A DNA stretch of 64,000 nt, taken from the human T2T-CHM13v2.0 reference genome, Homo sapiens. The notes under the pieces were generated by a model. It did not search any database, was not told the DNA's origin, and saw nothing but the letters and a program-made list of their open reading frames with translations. The stretch lies in assembly GCF_009914755.1 (NCBI RefSeq), contig NC_060934.1; one strand, 5' to 3'. Of the stretch, positions 23,901 through 37,600 are shown piece after piece (position 1 is the stretch's first letter; each line of letters begins with the position of its first letter). The position numbers and the translations under genes are program-made.

Positions 23901-26900
23901 ATGGAAATATCTTCGTGTAAAAACTACACAGAATCATTCTCAGAAACTGCTTTGTCATCTGTGCGTTCAGTTCACAGAGTTTCACCTTTCTCTTCATAGA
24001 GCAGTTTGGAAAGACTCTGTCTGTAAAGTCTGCAAGTGATTAGTTAGACCCCTTTGAGGCCTTCGTTGGAAGCGGGATTTCTCATTTACTGCTAGACAGA
24101 AGAATTCTCAGTAAATCCTTTGTGTTGTGTGTATTCAACTCACAGAGTGGAACCTTCCTTTATTCAGAGCAGTTTTGAAACACTCTTTTTGTGGAATTTG
24201 CAAGTGGAGATTTCAAGCGATTTGACGCCAATCTTAGACATGGAAATATCTTCATATTAAAAGTACACAGAGTCATTCGTAGAAACTAGTTTGTGATGTG
24301 TGCCTTCAACTCACAGAGTTTAACCTTTCTTTTCATAGAGCAGTTTGGAAACACTCTATTTGTAAAGTCTGCAAGTGGATATTTGGACCTCTTTGAGGCC
24401 TTCGTTGGAAACGGGATTTCTTCATATAACGCTAGACAGAAGAATTCTCAGTAACTTCTTTGTGTTGTGTGTATTCAACTCACAGAGTTGAACCTTTCTT
24501 TAGAGGGAGCAGAGGTGAAACACTCTTTTTGTGGAATTTGCTAGTGTAGATTTCAAACGCTTCGAAGACAGTGATAGAAAAGGATATATCTTCGTATTAA
24601 AAGTAGACAAAATCATTCTCAGAAAACTCTTTGTGATGTGTGTGTTCAACTCACAGAGTTTAACCTTTCTTTAATCGAGCAGTTTGGAAATACACTCTTT
24701 GTAAGTCTGCAGGTGGATATTTGGCCCTCTTTGAGCCCTTCGTTGGAAACGGGATTTCCTCATATAATGCTAGACAGAAGAATTCTCAGTAACTTCTTTG
24801 TGTTGTTTGTATTCAACACACAGATTTGAACCTTCCTTTAGAGAGAGCAGATTTGAAGCACTCTGTTTTTGGAATTTGCAAGTGCAGATTTCAAGCGCTT
24901 CTAGGCCTATGGCAGAAAAGGAAATATCTTCGTATAAAAACTACACAGAATCATTCTCAACAACTACTTTGTGATGTGTGCGTTCAACTCACAGAGTTTA
25001 ACCTTTCTTTTCATAGAGCAGTTTGGAAACACTCTGTTTGTAAAGCCTGCAAGTGCTTTTTTGGACTTCATTGAGGCCTTCGTTGGAAACGGGATTTCTT
25101 CATATAATGCTAGACAGAAGAATTCTCAGTCACTTCTTTGTGTTGTGTGTATTCAAGTCACAGAGTTGAACCTTCCTTTAGACAGAGCAGTTTTGAAAAA
25201 TTCTTTCTGTGGAGTTTGCAAGTGGAGATTTCAAGCGATTTGAGGCTAATCTTTGAAATGGAAATATCTTCGTGTAAAAACTACACAGAATCATTCTCAG
25301 AAACTGCTTTGTCATCTGTGCGTTCAGTTCACAGAGTTTCACCTTTCTCTTCATAGAGCAGTTTGGAAAGACTCTGTCTGTAAAGTCTGCAAGTGATTAG
25401 TTAGACCCCTTTGAGGCCTTCGTTGGAAGCGGGATTTCTCATTTACTGCTAGACAGAAGAATTCTCAGTAAATCCTTTGTGTTGTGTGTATTCAACTCAC
25501 AGAGTGGAACCTTCCTTTATTCAGAGCAGTTTTGAAAAACACTTTTTGTGGAATTTGCAAGTGGAGATTTCAAGCGATTTGACGCCAATCTTAGACATGG
25601 AAATATCTTCATATTAAAAGTACACAGAGTCATTCGTAGAAACTAGTTTGTGATGTGTGCCTTCAACTCACAGAGTTTAACCTTTCTTTTCATAGAGCAG
25701 TTTGGAAACACTCTATTTGTAAAGTCTGCAAGTGGATATTTGGACCTCTTTGAGGCCTTCGTTGGAAACGGGATTTCTTCATACAACGCTAGACAGAAGA
25801 ATTCTCAGTAACTTCTTTGTGTTGTGTGTATTCAACTCACAGAGTTGAACCTTTCTTTAGAGAGAGCAGAGTTGAAACACTCTGTTTTTGGAATTTGCAA
25901 CTGCAGATTTCAAGCGATTCTTGGCCTATGGCAGAAAAGGAAATATCTTCGTATAAAAACTACACAGAATCATTCTCAACAACTACTTTGTGATGTGTGC
26001 GTTCAACTCACAGAGATTAACCTTTCTTTTCATAGAGCAGTTTGGAAACACTCTGTTTGTAAAGCCTGCAAGTGCTTTTTTGGACTTCATTGAGGCCTTC
26101 GTTGGAAACGGGATTTCTTCATGTAATGCTAGACAGAAGAATTCTCAGTCACTTCTTTGTGTTGTGTGTATTCAAGTCACAGAGTTGAACCTTCCTTTAG
26201 ACAGAGCAGTTTTGAAAAATTCTTTCTGTGGAGTTTGCAAGTGGAGATTTCAAGCGATTTGAGGCTAATCTTTGAAATGGAAATATCTTCGTGTAAAAAC
26301 TACACAGAATCATTCTCAGAAACTGCTTTGTCATCTGTGCGTTCAGTTCACAGAGTTTCACCTTTCTCTTCATAGAGCAGTTTGGAAAGACTCTGTCTGT
26401 AAAGTCTGCAAGTGATTAGTTAGACCCCTTTGAGGCCTTCGTTGGAAGCGGGATTTCTCATTTACTGCTAGACAGAAGAATTCTCAGTAAATCCTTTGTG
26501 TTGTGTGTATTCAACTCACAGAGTGGAACCTTCCTTTATTCAGAGCAGTTTTGAAACACTCTTTTTGTGGAATTTGCAAGTGGAGATTTCAAGCGATTTG
26601 ACGCCAATCTTAGACATGGAAATATCTTCATATTAAAAGTACACAGAGTCATTCGTAGAAAGTAGTTTGTGATGTGTGCCTTCAACTCACAGAGTTTAAC
26701 CTTTCTTTTCATAGAGCAGTTGGGAAACACTCTATTTGTAAAGTCTGCAAGTGGATATTTGGACCTCTTTGAGGCCTTCGTTGGAAACGGGATTTCTTCA
26801 TATAACGCTAGACAGAAGAATTCTCAGTAACTTCTTTGTGTTGTGTGTATTCAACTCACAGAGTTGAACCTTTCTTTAGAGGGAGCAGAGGTGAAACACT

Positions 26901-28850
26901 CTTTTTGTGGAATTTGCTAGTGTAGATTTCAAACGCTTCGAAGACAGTGATAGAAAAGGATATATCTTCGTATTAAAAGTAGACAAAATCATTCTCAGAA
27001 AACTCTTTGTGATGTGTGTGTTCAACTCACAGAGTTTAACCTTTCTTTAATCGAGCAGTTTGGAAATACACTCTTTGTAAGTCTGCAGGTGGATATTTGG
27101 CCCTCTTTGAGCCCTTCGTTGGAAACGGGATTTCCTCATATAATGCTAGACAGAAGAATTCTCAGTAACTTCTTTGTGTTGTTTGTATTCAACACACAGA
27201 TTTGAACCTTCCTTTAGAGAGAGCAGATTTGAAACACTCTGTTTTTGGAATTTGCAAGTGCAGATTTCAAGCGCTTCTAGGCCTATGGCAGAAAAGGAAA
27301 TATCTTCGTATAAAAACTACACAGAATCATTCTCAACAACTACTTTGTGATGTGTGCGTTCAACTCACAGAGTTTAACCTTTCTTTTCATAGAGCAGTTT
27401 GGAAACACTCTGTTTGTAAAGCCTGCAAGTGCTTTTTTGGACTTCATTGAGGCCTTCGTTGGAAACGGGATTTCTTCATATAATGCTAGACAGAAGAATT
27501 CTCAGTCACTTCTTTGTGTTGTGTGTATTCAAGTCACAGAGTTGAACCTTCCTTTAGACAGAGCAGTTTTGAAAAATTCTTTCTGTGGAGTTTGCAAGTG
27601 GAGATTTCAAGCGATTTGAGGCTAATCTTTGAAATGGAAATATCTTCGTGTAAAAACTACACAGAATCATTCTCAGAAACTGCTTTGTCATCTGTGCGTT
27701 CAGTTCACAGAGTTTCACCTTTCTCTTCATAGAGCAGTTTGGAAAGACTCTGTCTGTAAAGTCTGCAAGTGATTAGTTAGACCCCTTTGAGGCCTTCGTT
27801 GGAAGCGGGATTTCTCATTTACTGCTAGACAGAAGAATTCTCAGTAAATCCTTTGTGTTGTGTGTATTCAACTCACAGAGTGGAACCTTCCTTTATTCAG
27901 AGCAGTTTTGAAACACTCTTTTTGTGGAATTTGCAAGTGGAGATTTCAAGCGATTTGACGCCAATCTTAGACATGGAAATATCTTCATATTAAAAGTACA
28001 CAGAGTCATTCGTAGAAACTAGTTTGTGATGTGTGCCTTCAACTCACAGAGTTTAACCTTTCTTTTCATAGAGCAGTTGGGAAACACTCTATTTGTAAAG
28101 TCTGCAAGTGGATATTTGGACCTCTTTGAGGCCTTCGTTGGAAACGGGATTTCTTCATATAACGCTAGACAGAAGAATTCTCAGTAACTTCTTTGTGTTG
28201 TGTGTATTCAACTCACAGAGTTGAACCTTTCTTTAGAGGGAGCAGAGGTGAAACACTCTTTTTGTGGAATTTGCTAGTGTAGATTTCAAACGCTTCGAAG
28301 ACAGTGATAGAAAAGGATATATCTTCGTATTAAAAGTAGACAAAATCATTCTCAGAAAACTCTTTGTGATGTGTGTGTTCAACTCACAGAGTTTAACCTT
28401 TCTTTAATCGAGCAGTTTGGAAATACACTCTTTGTAAGTCTGCAGGTGGATATTTGGCCCTCTTTGAGCCCTTCGTTGGAAACGGGATTTCCTCATATAA
28501 TGCTAGACAGAAGAATTCTCAGTAACTTCTTTGTGTTGTTTGTATTCAACACACAGATTTGAACCTTCCTTTAGAGAGAGCAGATTTGAAGCACTCTGTT
28601 TTTGGAATTTGCAAGTGCAGATTTCAAGCGCTTCTAGGCCTATGGCAGAAAAGGAAATATCTTCGTATAAAAACTACACAGAATCATTCTCAACAACTAC
28701 TTTGTGATGTGTGCGTTCAACTCACAGAGTTTAACCTTTCTTTTCATAGAGCAGTTTGGAAACACTCTGTTTGTAAAGCCTGCAAGTGCTTTTTTGGACT
28801 TCATTGAGGCCTTCGTTGGAAACGGGATTTCTTCATATAATGCTAGACAG
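17990..28850 (+). repeat. Super-HOR block A', second copy of block A (10,861 bp)
   Basis: Same unit order as 1-10861. Every marker checked is offset by exactly 17,989 (964/18953, 8673/26662, 6869/24858); the ORF track is identical at that offset. Confidence 0.93.
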
Positions 28851-31800
28851 AAGAATTCTCAGTCACTTCTTTGTGTTGTGTGTATTCAAGTCACAGAGTT
28901 GAACCTTCCTTTAGACAGAGCAGTTTTGAAAAATTCTTTCTGTGGAGTTTGCAAGTGGAGATTTCAAGCGATTTGAGGCTAATCTTTGAAATGGAAATAT
29001 CTTCGTGTAAAAACTACACAGAATCATTCTCAGAAACTGCTTTGTCATCTGTGCGTTCAGTTCACAGAGTTTCACCTTTCTCTTCATAGAGCAGTTTGGA
29101 AAGACTCTGTCTGTAAAGTCTGCAAGTGATTAGTTAGACCCCTTTGAGGCCTTCGTTGGAAGCGGGATTTCTCATTTACTGCTAGACAGAAGAATTCTCA
29201 GTAAATCCTTTGTGTTGTGTGTATTCAACTCACAGAGTGGAACCTTCCTTTATTCAGAGCAGTTTTGAAAAACACTTTTTGTGGAATTTGCAAGTGGAGA
29301 TTTCAAGCGATTTGACGCCAATCTTAGACATGGAAATATCTTCATATTAAAAGTACACAGAGTCATTCGTAGAAACTAGTTTGTGATGTGTGCCTTCAAC
29401 TCACAGAGTTTAACCTTTCTTTTCATAGAGCAGTTTGGAAACACTCTATTTGTAAAGTCTGCAAGTGGATATTTGGACCTCTTTGAGGCCTTCGTTGGAA
29501 ACGGGATTTCTTCATACAACGCTAGACAGAAGAATTCTCAGTAACTTCTTTGTGTTGTGTGTATTCAACTCACAGAGTTGAACCTTTCTTTAGAGAGAGC
29601 AGAGTTGAAACACTCTGTTTTTGGAATTTGCAACTGCAGATTTCAAGCGATTCTTGGCCTATGGCAGAAAAGGAAATATCTTCGTATAAAAACTACACAG
29701 AATCATTCTCAACAACTACTTTGTGATGTGTGCGTTCAACTCACAGAGTTTAACCTTTCTTTTCATAGAGCAGTTTGGAAACACTCTGTTTGTAAAGCCT
29801 GCAAGTGCTTTTTCGGACTTCATTGAGGCCTTCGTTGGAAACGGGATTTCTTCATGTAATGCTAGACAGAAGAATTCTCAGTCACTTCTTTGTGTTGTGT
29901 GTATTCAAGTCACAGAGTTGAACCTTCCTTTAGACAGAGCAGTTTTGAAAAATTCTTTCTGTGGAGTTTGCAAGTGGAGATTTCAAGCGATTTGAGGCTA
30001 ATCTTTGAAATGGAAATATCTTCGTGTAAAAACTACACAGAATCATTCTCAGAAACTGCTTTGTCATCTGTGCGTTCAGTTCACAGAGTTTCACCTTTCT
30101 CTTCATAGAGCAGTTTGGAAAGACTCTGTCTGTAAAGTCTGCAAGTGATTAGTTAGACCCCTTTGAGGCCTTCGTTGGAAGCGGGATTTCTCATTTACTG
30201 CTAGACAGAAGAATTCTCAGTAAATCCTTTGTGTTGTGTGTATTCAACTCACAGAGTGGAACCTTCCTTTATTCAGAGCAGTTTTGAAAAACACTTTTTG
30301 TGGAATTTGCAAGTGGAGATTTCAAGCGATTTGACGCCAATCTTAGACATGGAAATATCTTCATATTAAAAGTACACAGAGTCATTCGTAGAAACTAGTT
30401 TGTGATGTGTGCCTTCAACTCACAGAGTTTAACCTTTCTTTTCATAGAGCAGTTTGGAAACACTCTATTTGTAAAGTCTGCAAGTGGATATTTGGACCTC
30501 TTTGAGGCCTTCGTTGGAAACGGGATTTCTTCATACAACGCTAGACAGAAGAATTCTCAGTAACTTCTTTGTGTTGTGTGTATTCAACTCACAGAGTTGA
30601 ACCTTTCTTTAGAGAGAGCAGAGTTGAAACACTCTGTTTTTGGAATTTGCAACTGCAGATTTCAAGCGATTCTTGGCCTATGGCAGAAAAGGAAATATCT
30701 TCGTATAAAAACTACACAGAATCATTCTCAACAACTACTTTGTGATGTGTGCGTTCAACTCACAGAGATTAACCTTTCTTTTCATAGAGCAGTTTGGAAA
30801 CACTCTGTTTGTAAAGCCTGCAAGTGCTTTTTTGGACTTCATTGAGGCCTTCGTTGGAAACGGGATTTCTTCATGTAATGCTAGACAGAAGAATTCTCAG
30901 TCACTTCTTTGTGTTGTGTGTATTCAAGTCACAGAGTTGAACCTTCCTTTAGACAGAGCAGTTTTGAAAAATTCTTTCTGTGGAGTTTGCAAGTGGAGAT
31001 TTCAAGCGATTTGAGGCTAATCTTTGAAATGGAAATATCTTCGTGTAAAAACTACACAGAATCATTCTCAGAAACTGCTTTGTCATCTGTGCGTTCAGTT
31101 CACAGAGTTTCACCTTTCTCTTCATAGAGCAGTTTGGAAAGACTCTGTCTGTAAAGTCTGCAAGTGATTAGTTAGACCCCTTTGAGGCCTTCGTTGGAAG
31201 CGGGATTTCTCATTTACTGCTAGACAGAAGAATTCTCAGTAAATCCTTTGTGTTGTGTGTATTCAACTCACAGAGTGGAACCTTCCTTTATTCAGAGCAG
31301 TTTTGAAACACTCTTTTTGTGGAATTTGCAAGTGGAGATTTCAAGCGATTTGACGCCAATCTTAGACATGGAAATATCTTCATATTAAAAGTACACAGAG
31401 TCATTCGTAGAAACTAGTTTGTGATGTGTGCCTTCAACTCACAGAGTTTAACCTTTCTTTTCATAGAGCAGTTTGGAAACACTCTATTTGTAAAGTCTGC
31501 AAGTGGATATTTGGACCTCTTTGAGGCCTTCGTTGGAAACGGGATTTCTTCATATAACGCTAGACAGAAGAATTCTCAGTAACTTCTTTGTGTTGTGTGT
31601 ATTCAACTCACAGAGTTGAACCTTTCTTTAGAGGGAGCAGAGGTGAAACACTCTTTTTGTGGAATTTGCTAGTGTAGATTTCAAACGCTTCGAAGACAGT
31701 GATAGAAAAGGATGTATCTTCGTATTAAAAGTAGACAAAATCATTCTCAGAAAACTCTTTGTGATGTGTGTGTTCAACTCACAGAGTTTAACCTTTCTTT

Positions 31801-34621
31801 AATCGAGCAGTTTGGAAATACACTCTTTGTAAGTCTGCAGGTGGATATTTGGCCCTCTTTGAGCCCTTCGTTGGAAACGGGATTTCCTCATATAATGCTA
31901 GACAGAAGAATTCTCAGTAACTTCTTTGTGTTGTTTGTATTCAACACACAGATTTGAACCTTCCTTTAGAGAGAGCAGATTTGAAACACTCTGTTTTTGG
32001 AATTTGCAAGTGCAGATTTCAAGCGCTTCTAGGCCTATGGCAGAAAAGGAAATATCTTCGTATAAAAACTACACAGAATCATTCTCAACAACTACTTTGT
32101 GATGTGTGCGTTCAACTCACAGAGTTTAACCTTTCTTTTCATAGAGCAGTTTGGAAACACTCTGTTTGTAAAGCCTGCAAGTGCTTTTTTGGACTTCATT
32201 GAGGCCTTCGTTGGAAACGGGATTTCTTCATATAATGCTAGACAGAAGAATTCTCAGTCACTTCTTTGTGTTGTGTGTATTCAAGTCACAGAGTTGAACC
32301 TTCCTTTAGACAGAGCAGTTTTGAAAAATTCTTTCTGTGGAGTTTGCAAGTGGAGATTTCAAGCGATTTGAGGCTAATCTTTGAAATGGAAATATCTTCG
32401 TGTAAAAACTACACAGAATCATTCTCAGAAACTGCTTTGTCATCTGTGCGTTCAGTTCACAGAGTTTCACCTTTCTCTTCATAGAGCAGTTTGGAAAGAC
32501 TCTGTCTGTAAAGTCTGCAAGTGATTAGTTAGACCCCTTTGAGGCCTTCGTTGGAAGCGGGATTTCTCATTTACTGCTAGACAGAAGAATTCTCAGTAAA
32601 TCCTTTGTGTTGTGTGTATTCAACTCACAGAGTGGAACCTTCCTTTATTCAGAGCAGTTTTGAAAAACTCTTTTTGTGGAATTTGCAAGTGGAGATTTCA
32701 AGCGATTTGACGCCAATCTTAGACATGGAAATGTCTTCATATTAAAAGTACACAGAGTCATTCGTAGAAACTAGTTTGTGATGTGTGCCTTCAACTCACA
32801 GAGTTTAACCTTTCTTTTCATAGAGCAGTTGGGAAACACTCTATTTGTAAAGTCTGCAAGTGGATATTTGGACCTCTTTGAGGCCTTCGTTGGAAACGGG
32901 ATTTCTTCATACAACGCTAGAGAGAAGAATTCTCAGTAACTTCTTTGTGTTGTGTGTATTCAACTCACAGAGTTGAACCTTTCTTTAGAGAGAGCAGAGT
33001 TGAAACACTCTGTTTTTGGAATTTGCAAGTGCAGATTTCAAGCGCTTCTAGGCCTATGGCAGAAAAGGAAATATCTTCGTATAAAAACTACACAGAATCA
33101 TTCTCAACAACTACTTTGTGATGTGTGCGTTCAACTCACAGAGTTTAACCTTTCTTTTCATAGAGCAGTTTGGAAACACTCTGTTTGTAAAGCCTGCAAG
33201 TGCTTTTTTGGACTTCATTGAGGCCTTCGTTGGAAACGGGATTTCTTCATGTAATGCTAGACAGAAGAATTCTCAGTCACTTCTTTGTGTTGTGTGTATT
33301 CAAGTCACAGAGTTGAACCTTCCTTTAGACAGAGCAGTTTTGAAAAATTCTTTCTGTGGAATTTGCAAGTGGAGATTTCAAGCGATTTGAGGCTAATCTT
33401 TGAAATGGAAATATCTTCGTGTAAAAACTACACAGAATCATTCTCAGAAACTGCTTTGTCATCTGTGCGTTCAGTTCACAGAGTTTCACCTTTCTCTTCA
33501 TAGAGCAGTTTGGAAAGACTCTGTCTGTAAAGTCTGCAAGTGATTAGTTAGACCCCTTTGAGGCCTTCGTTGGAAGCGGGATTTCTCATTTACTGCTAGA
33601 CAGAAGAATTCTCAGTAAATCCTTTGTGTTGTGTGTATTCAACTCACAGAGTGGAACCTTCCTTTATTCAGAGCAGTTTTGAAACACTCTTTTTGTGGAA
33701 TTTGCAAGTGGAGATTTCAAGCGATTTGACGCCAATCTTAGACATGGAAATATCTTCATATTAAAAGTACACAGAGTCATTCGTAGAAACTAGTTTGTGA
33801 TGTGTGCCTTCAACTCACAGAGTTTAACCTTTCTTTTCATAGAGCAGTTGGGAAACACTCTATTTGTAAAGTCTGCAAGTGGATATTTGGACCTCTTTGA
33901 GGCCTTCGTTGGAAACGGGATTTCTTCATATAACGCTAGACAGAAGAATTCTCAGTAACTTCTTTGTGTTGTGTGTATTCAACTCACAGAGTTGAACCTT
34001 TCTTTAGAGGGAGCAGAGGTGAAACACTCTTTTTGTGGAATTTGCTAGTGTAGATTTCAAACGCTTCGAAGACAGTGATAGAAAAGGATATATCTTCGTA
34101 TTAAAAGTAGACAAAATCATTCTCAGAAAACTCTTTGTGATGTGTGTGTTCAACTCACAGAGTTTAACCTTTCTTTAATCGAGCAGTTTGGAAATACACT
34201 CTTTGTAAGTCTGCAGGTGGATATTTGGCCCTCTTTGAGCCCTTCGTTGGAAACGGGATTTCCTCATATAATGCTAGACAGAAGAATTCTCAGTAACTTC
34301 TTTGTGTTGTTTGTATTCAACACACAGATTTGAACCTTCCTTTAGAGAGAGCAGATTTGAAGCACTCTGTTTTTGGAATTTGCAAGTGCAGATTTCAAGC
34401 GCTTCTAGGCCTATGGCAGAAAAGGAAATATCTTCGTATAAAAACTACACAGAATCATTCTCAACAACTACTTTGTGATGTGTGCGTTCAACTCACAGAG
34501 TTTAACCTTTCTTTTCATAGAGCAGTTTGGAAACACTCTGTTTGTAAAGCCTGCAAGTGCTTTTTTGGACTTCATTGAGGCCTTCGTTGGAAACGGGATT
34601 TCTTCATATAATGCTAGACAG
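28851..34621 (+). repeat. Super-HOR block C: 6-6-8-6-8 (34 monomers, 5,771 bp)
   Basis: 3x1019 + 2x1357. Marker C at 29814 recurs at 35585. Confidence 0.9.
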
Positions 34622-37600
34622 AAGAATTCTCAGTCACTTCTTTGTGTTGTGTGTATTCAAGTCACAGAGTTGAACCTTCCTTTAGACAGAGCAGTTTTGA
34701 AAAATTCTTTCTGTGGAGTTTGCAAGTGGAGATTTCAAGCGATTTGAGGCTAATCTTTGAAATGGAAATATCTTCGTGTAAAAACTACACAGAATCATTC
34801 TCAGAAACTGCTTTGTCATCTGTGCGTTCAGTTCACAGAGTTTCACCTTTCTCTTCATAGAGCAGTTTGGAAAGACTCTGTCTGTAAAGTCTGCAAGTGA
34901 TTAGTTAGACCCCTTTGAGGCCTTCGTTGGAAGCGGGATTTCTCATTTACTGCTAGACAGAAGAATTCTCAGTAAATCCTTTGTGTTGTGTGTATTCAAC
35001 TCACAGAGTGGAACCTTCCTTTATTCAGAGCAGTTTTGAAAAACACTTTTTGTGGAATTTGCAAGTGGAGATTTCAAGCGATTTGACGCCAATCTTAGAC
35101 ATGGAAATATCTTCATATTAAAAGTACACAGAGTCATTCGTAGAAACTAGTTTGTGATGTGTGCCTTCAACTCACAGAGTTTAACCTTTCTTTTCATAGA
35201 GCAGTTTGGAAACACTCTATTTGTAAAGTCTGCAAGTGGATATTTGGACCTCTTTGAGGCCTTCGTTGGAAACGGGATTTCTTCATACAACGCTAGACAG
35301 AAGAATTCTCAGTAACTTCTTTGTGTTGTGTGTATTCAACTCACAGAGTTGAACCTTTCTTTAGAGAGAGCAGAGTTGAAACACTCTGTTTTTGGAATTT
35401 GCAACTGCAGATTTCAAGCGATTCTTGGCCTATGGCAGAAAAGGAAATATCTTCGTATAAAAACTACACAGAATCATTCTCAACAACTACTTTGTGATGT
35501 GTGCGTTCAACTCACAGAGTTTAACCTTTCTTTTCATAGAGCAGTTTGGAAACACTCTGTTTGTAAAGCCTGCAAGTGCTTTTTCGGACTTCATTGAGGC
35601 CTTCGTTGGAAACGGGATTTCTTCATGTAATGCTAGACAGAAGAATTCTCAGTCACTTCTTTGTGTTGTGTGTATTCAAGTCACAGAGTTGAACCTTCCT
35701 TTAGACAGAGCAGTTTTGAAAAATTCTTTCTGTGGAGTTTGCAAGTGGAGATTTCAAGCGATTTGAGGCTAATCTTTGAAATGGAAATATCTTCGTGTAA
35801 AAACTACACAGAATCATTCTCAGAAACTGCTTTGTCATCTGTGCGTTCAGTTCACAGAGTTTCACCTTTCTCTTCATAGAGCAGTTTGGAAAGACTCTGT
35901 CTGTAAAGTCTGCAAGTGATTAGTTAGACCCCTTTGAGGCCTTCGTTGGAAGCGGGATTTCTCATTTACTGCTAGACAGAAGAATTCTCAGTAAATCCTT
36001 TGTGTTGTGTGTATTCAACTCACAGAGTGGAACCTTCCTTTATTCAGAGCAGTTTTGAAAAACACTTTTTGTGGAATTTGCAAGTGGAGATTTCAAGCGA
36101 TTTGACGCCAATCTTAGACATGGAAATATCTTCATATTAAAAGTACACAGAGTCATTCGTAGAAACTAGTTTGTGATGTGTGCCTTCAACTCACAGAGTT
36201 TAACCTTTCTTTTCATAGAGCAGTTTGGAAACACTCTATTTGTAAAGTCTGCAAGTGGATATTTGGACCTCTTTGAGGCCTTCGTTGGAAACGGGATTTC
36301 TTCATACAACGCTAGACAGAAGAATTCTCAGTAACTTCTTTGTGTTGTGTGTATTCAACTCACAGAGTTGAACCTTTCTTTAGAGAGAGCAGAGTTGAAA
36401 CACTCTGTTTTTGGAATTTGCAACTGCAGATTTCAAGCGATTCTTGGCCTATGGCAGAAAAGGAAATATCTTCGTATAAAAACTACACAGAATCATTCTC
36501 AACAACTACTTTGTGATGTGTGCGTTCAACTCACAGAGATTAACCTTTCTTTTCATAGAGCAGTTTGGAAACACTCTGTTTGTAAAGCCTGCAAGTGCTT
36601 TTTTGGACTTCATTGAGGCCTTCGTTGGAAACGGGATTTCTTCATGTAATGCTAGACAGAAGAATTCTCAGTCACTTCTTTGTGTTGTGTGTATTCAAGT
36701 CACAGAGTTGAACCTTCCTTTAGACAGAGCAGTTTTGAAAAATTCTTTCTGTGGAGTTTGCAAGTGGAGATTTCAAGCGATTTGAGGCTAATCTTTGAAA
36801 TGGAAATATCTTCGTGTAAAAACTACACAGAATCATTCTCAGAAACTGCTTTGTCATCTGTGCGTTCAGTTCACAGAGTTTCACCTTTCTCTTCATAGAG
36901 CAGTTTGGAAAGACTCTGTCTGTAAAGTCTGCAAGTGATTAGTTAGACCCCTTTGAGGCCTTCGTTGGAAGCGGGATTTCTCATTTACTGCTAGACAGAA
37001 GAATTCTCAGTAAATCCTTTGTGTTGTGTGTATTCAACTCACAGAGTGGAACCTTCCTTTATTCAGAGCAGTTTTGAAACACTCTTTTTGTGGAATTTGC
37101 AAGTGGAGATTTCAAGCGATTTGACGCCAATCTTAGACATGGAAATATCTTCATATTAAAAGTACACAGAGTCATTCGTAGAAACTAGTTTGTGATGTGT
37201 GCCTTCAACTCACAGAGTTTAACCTTTCTTTTCATAGAGCAGTTTGGAAACACTCTATTTGTAAAGTCTGCAAGTGGATATTTGGACCTCTTTGAGGCCT
37301 TCGTTGGAAACGGGATTTCTTCATATAACGCTAGACAGAAGAATTCTCAGTAACTTCTTTGTGTTGTGTGTATTCAACTCACAGAGTTGAACCTTTCTTT
37401 AGAGGGAGCAGAGGTGAAACACTCTTTTTGTGGAATTTGCTAGTGTAGATTTCAAACGCTTCGAAGACAGTGATAGAAAAGGATGTATCTTCGTATTAAA
37501 AGTAGACAAAATCATTCTCAGAAAACTCTTTGTGATGTGTGTGTTCAACTCACAGAGTTTAACCTTTCTTTAATCGAGCAGTTTGGAAATACACTCTTTG

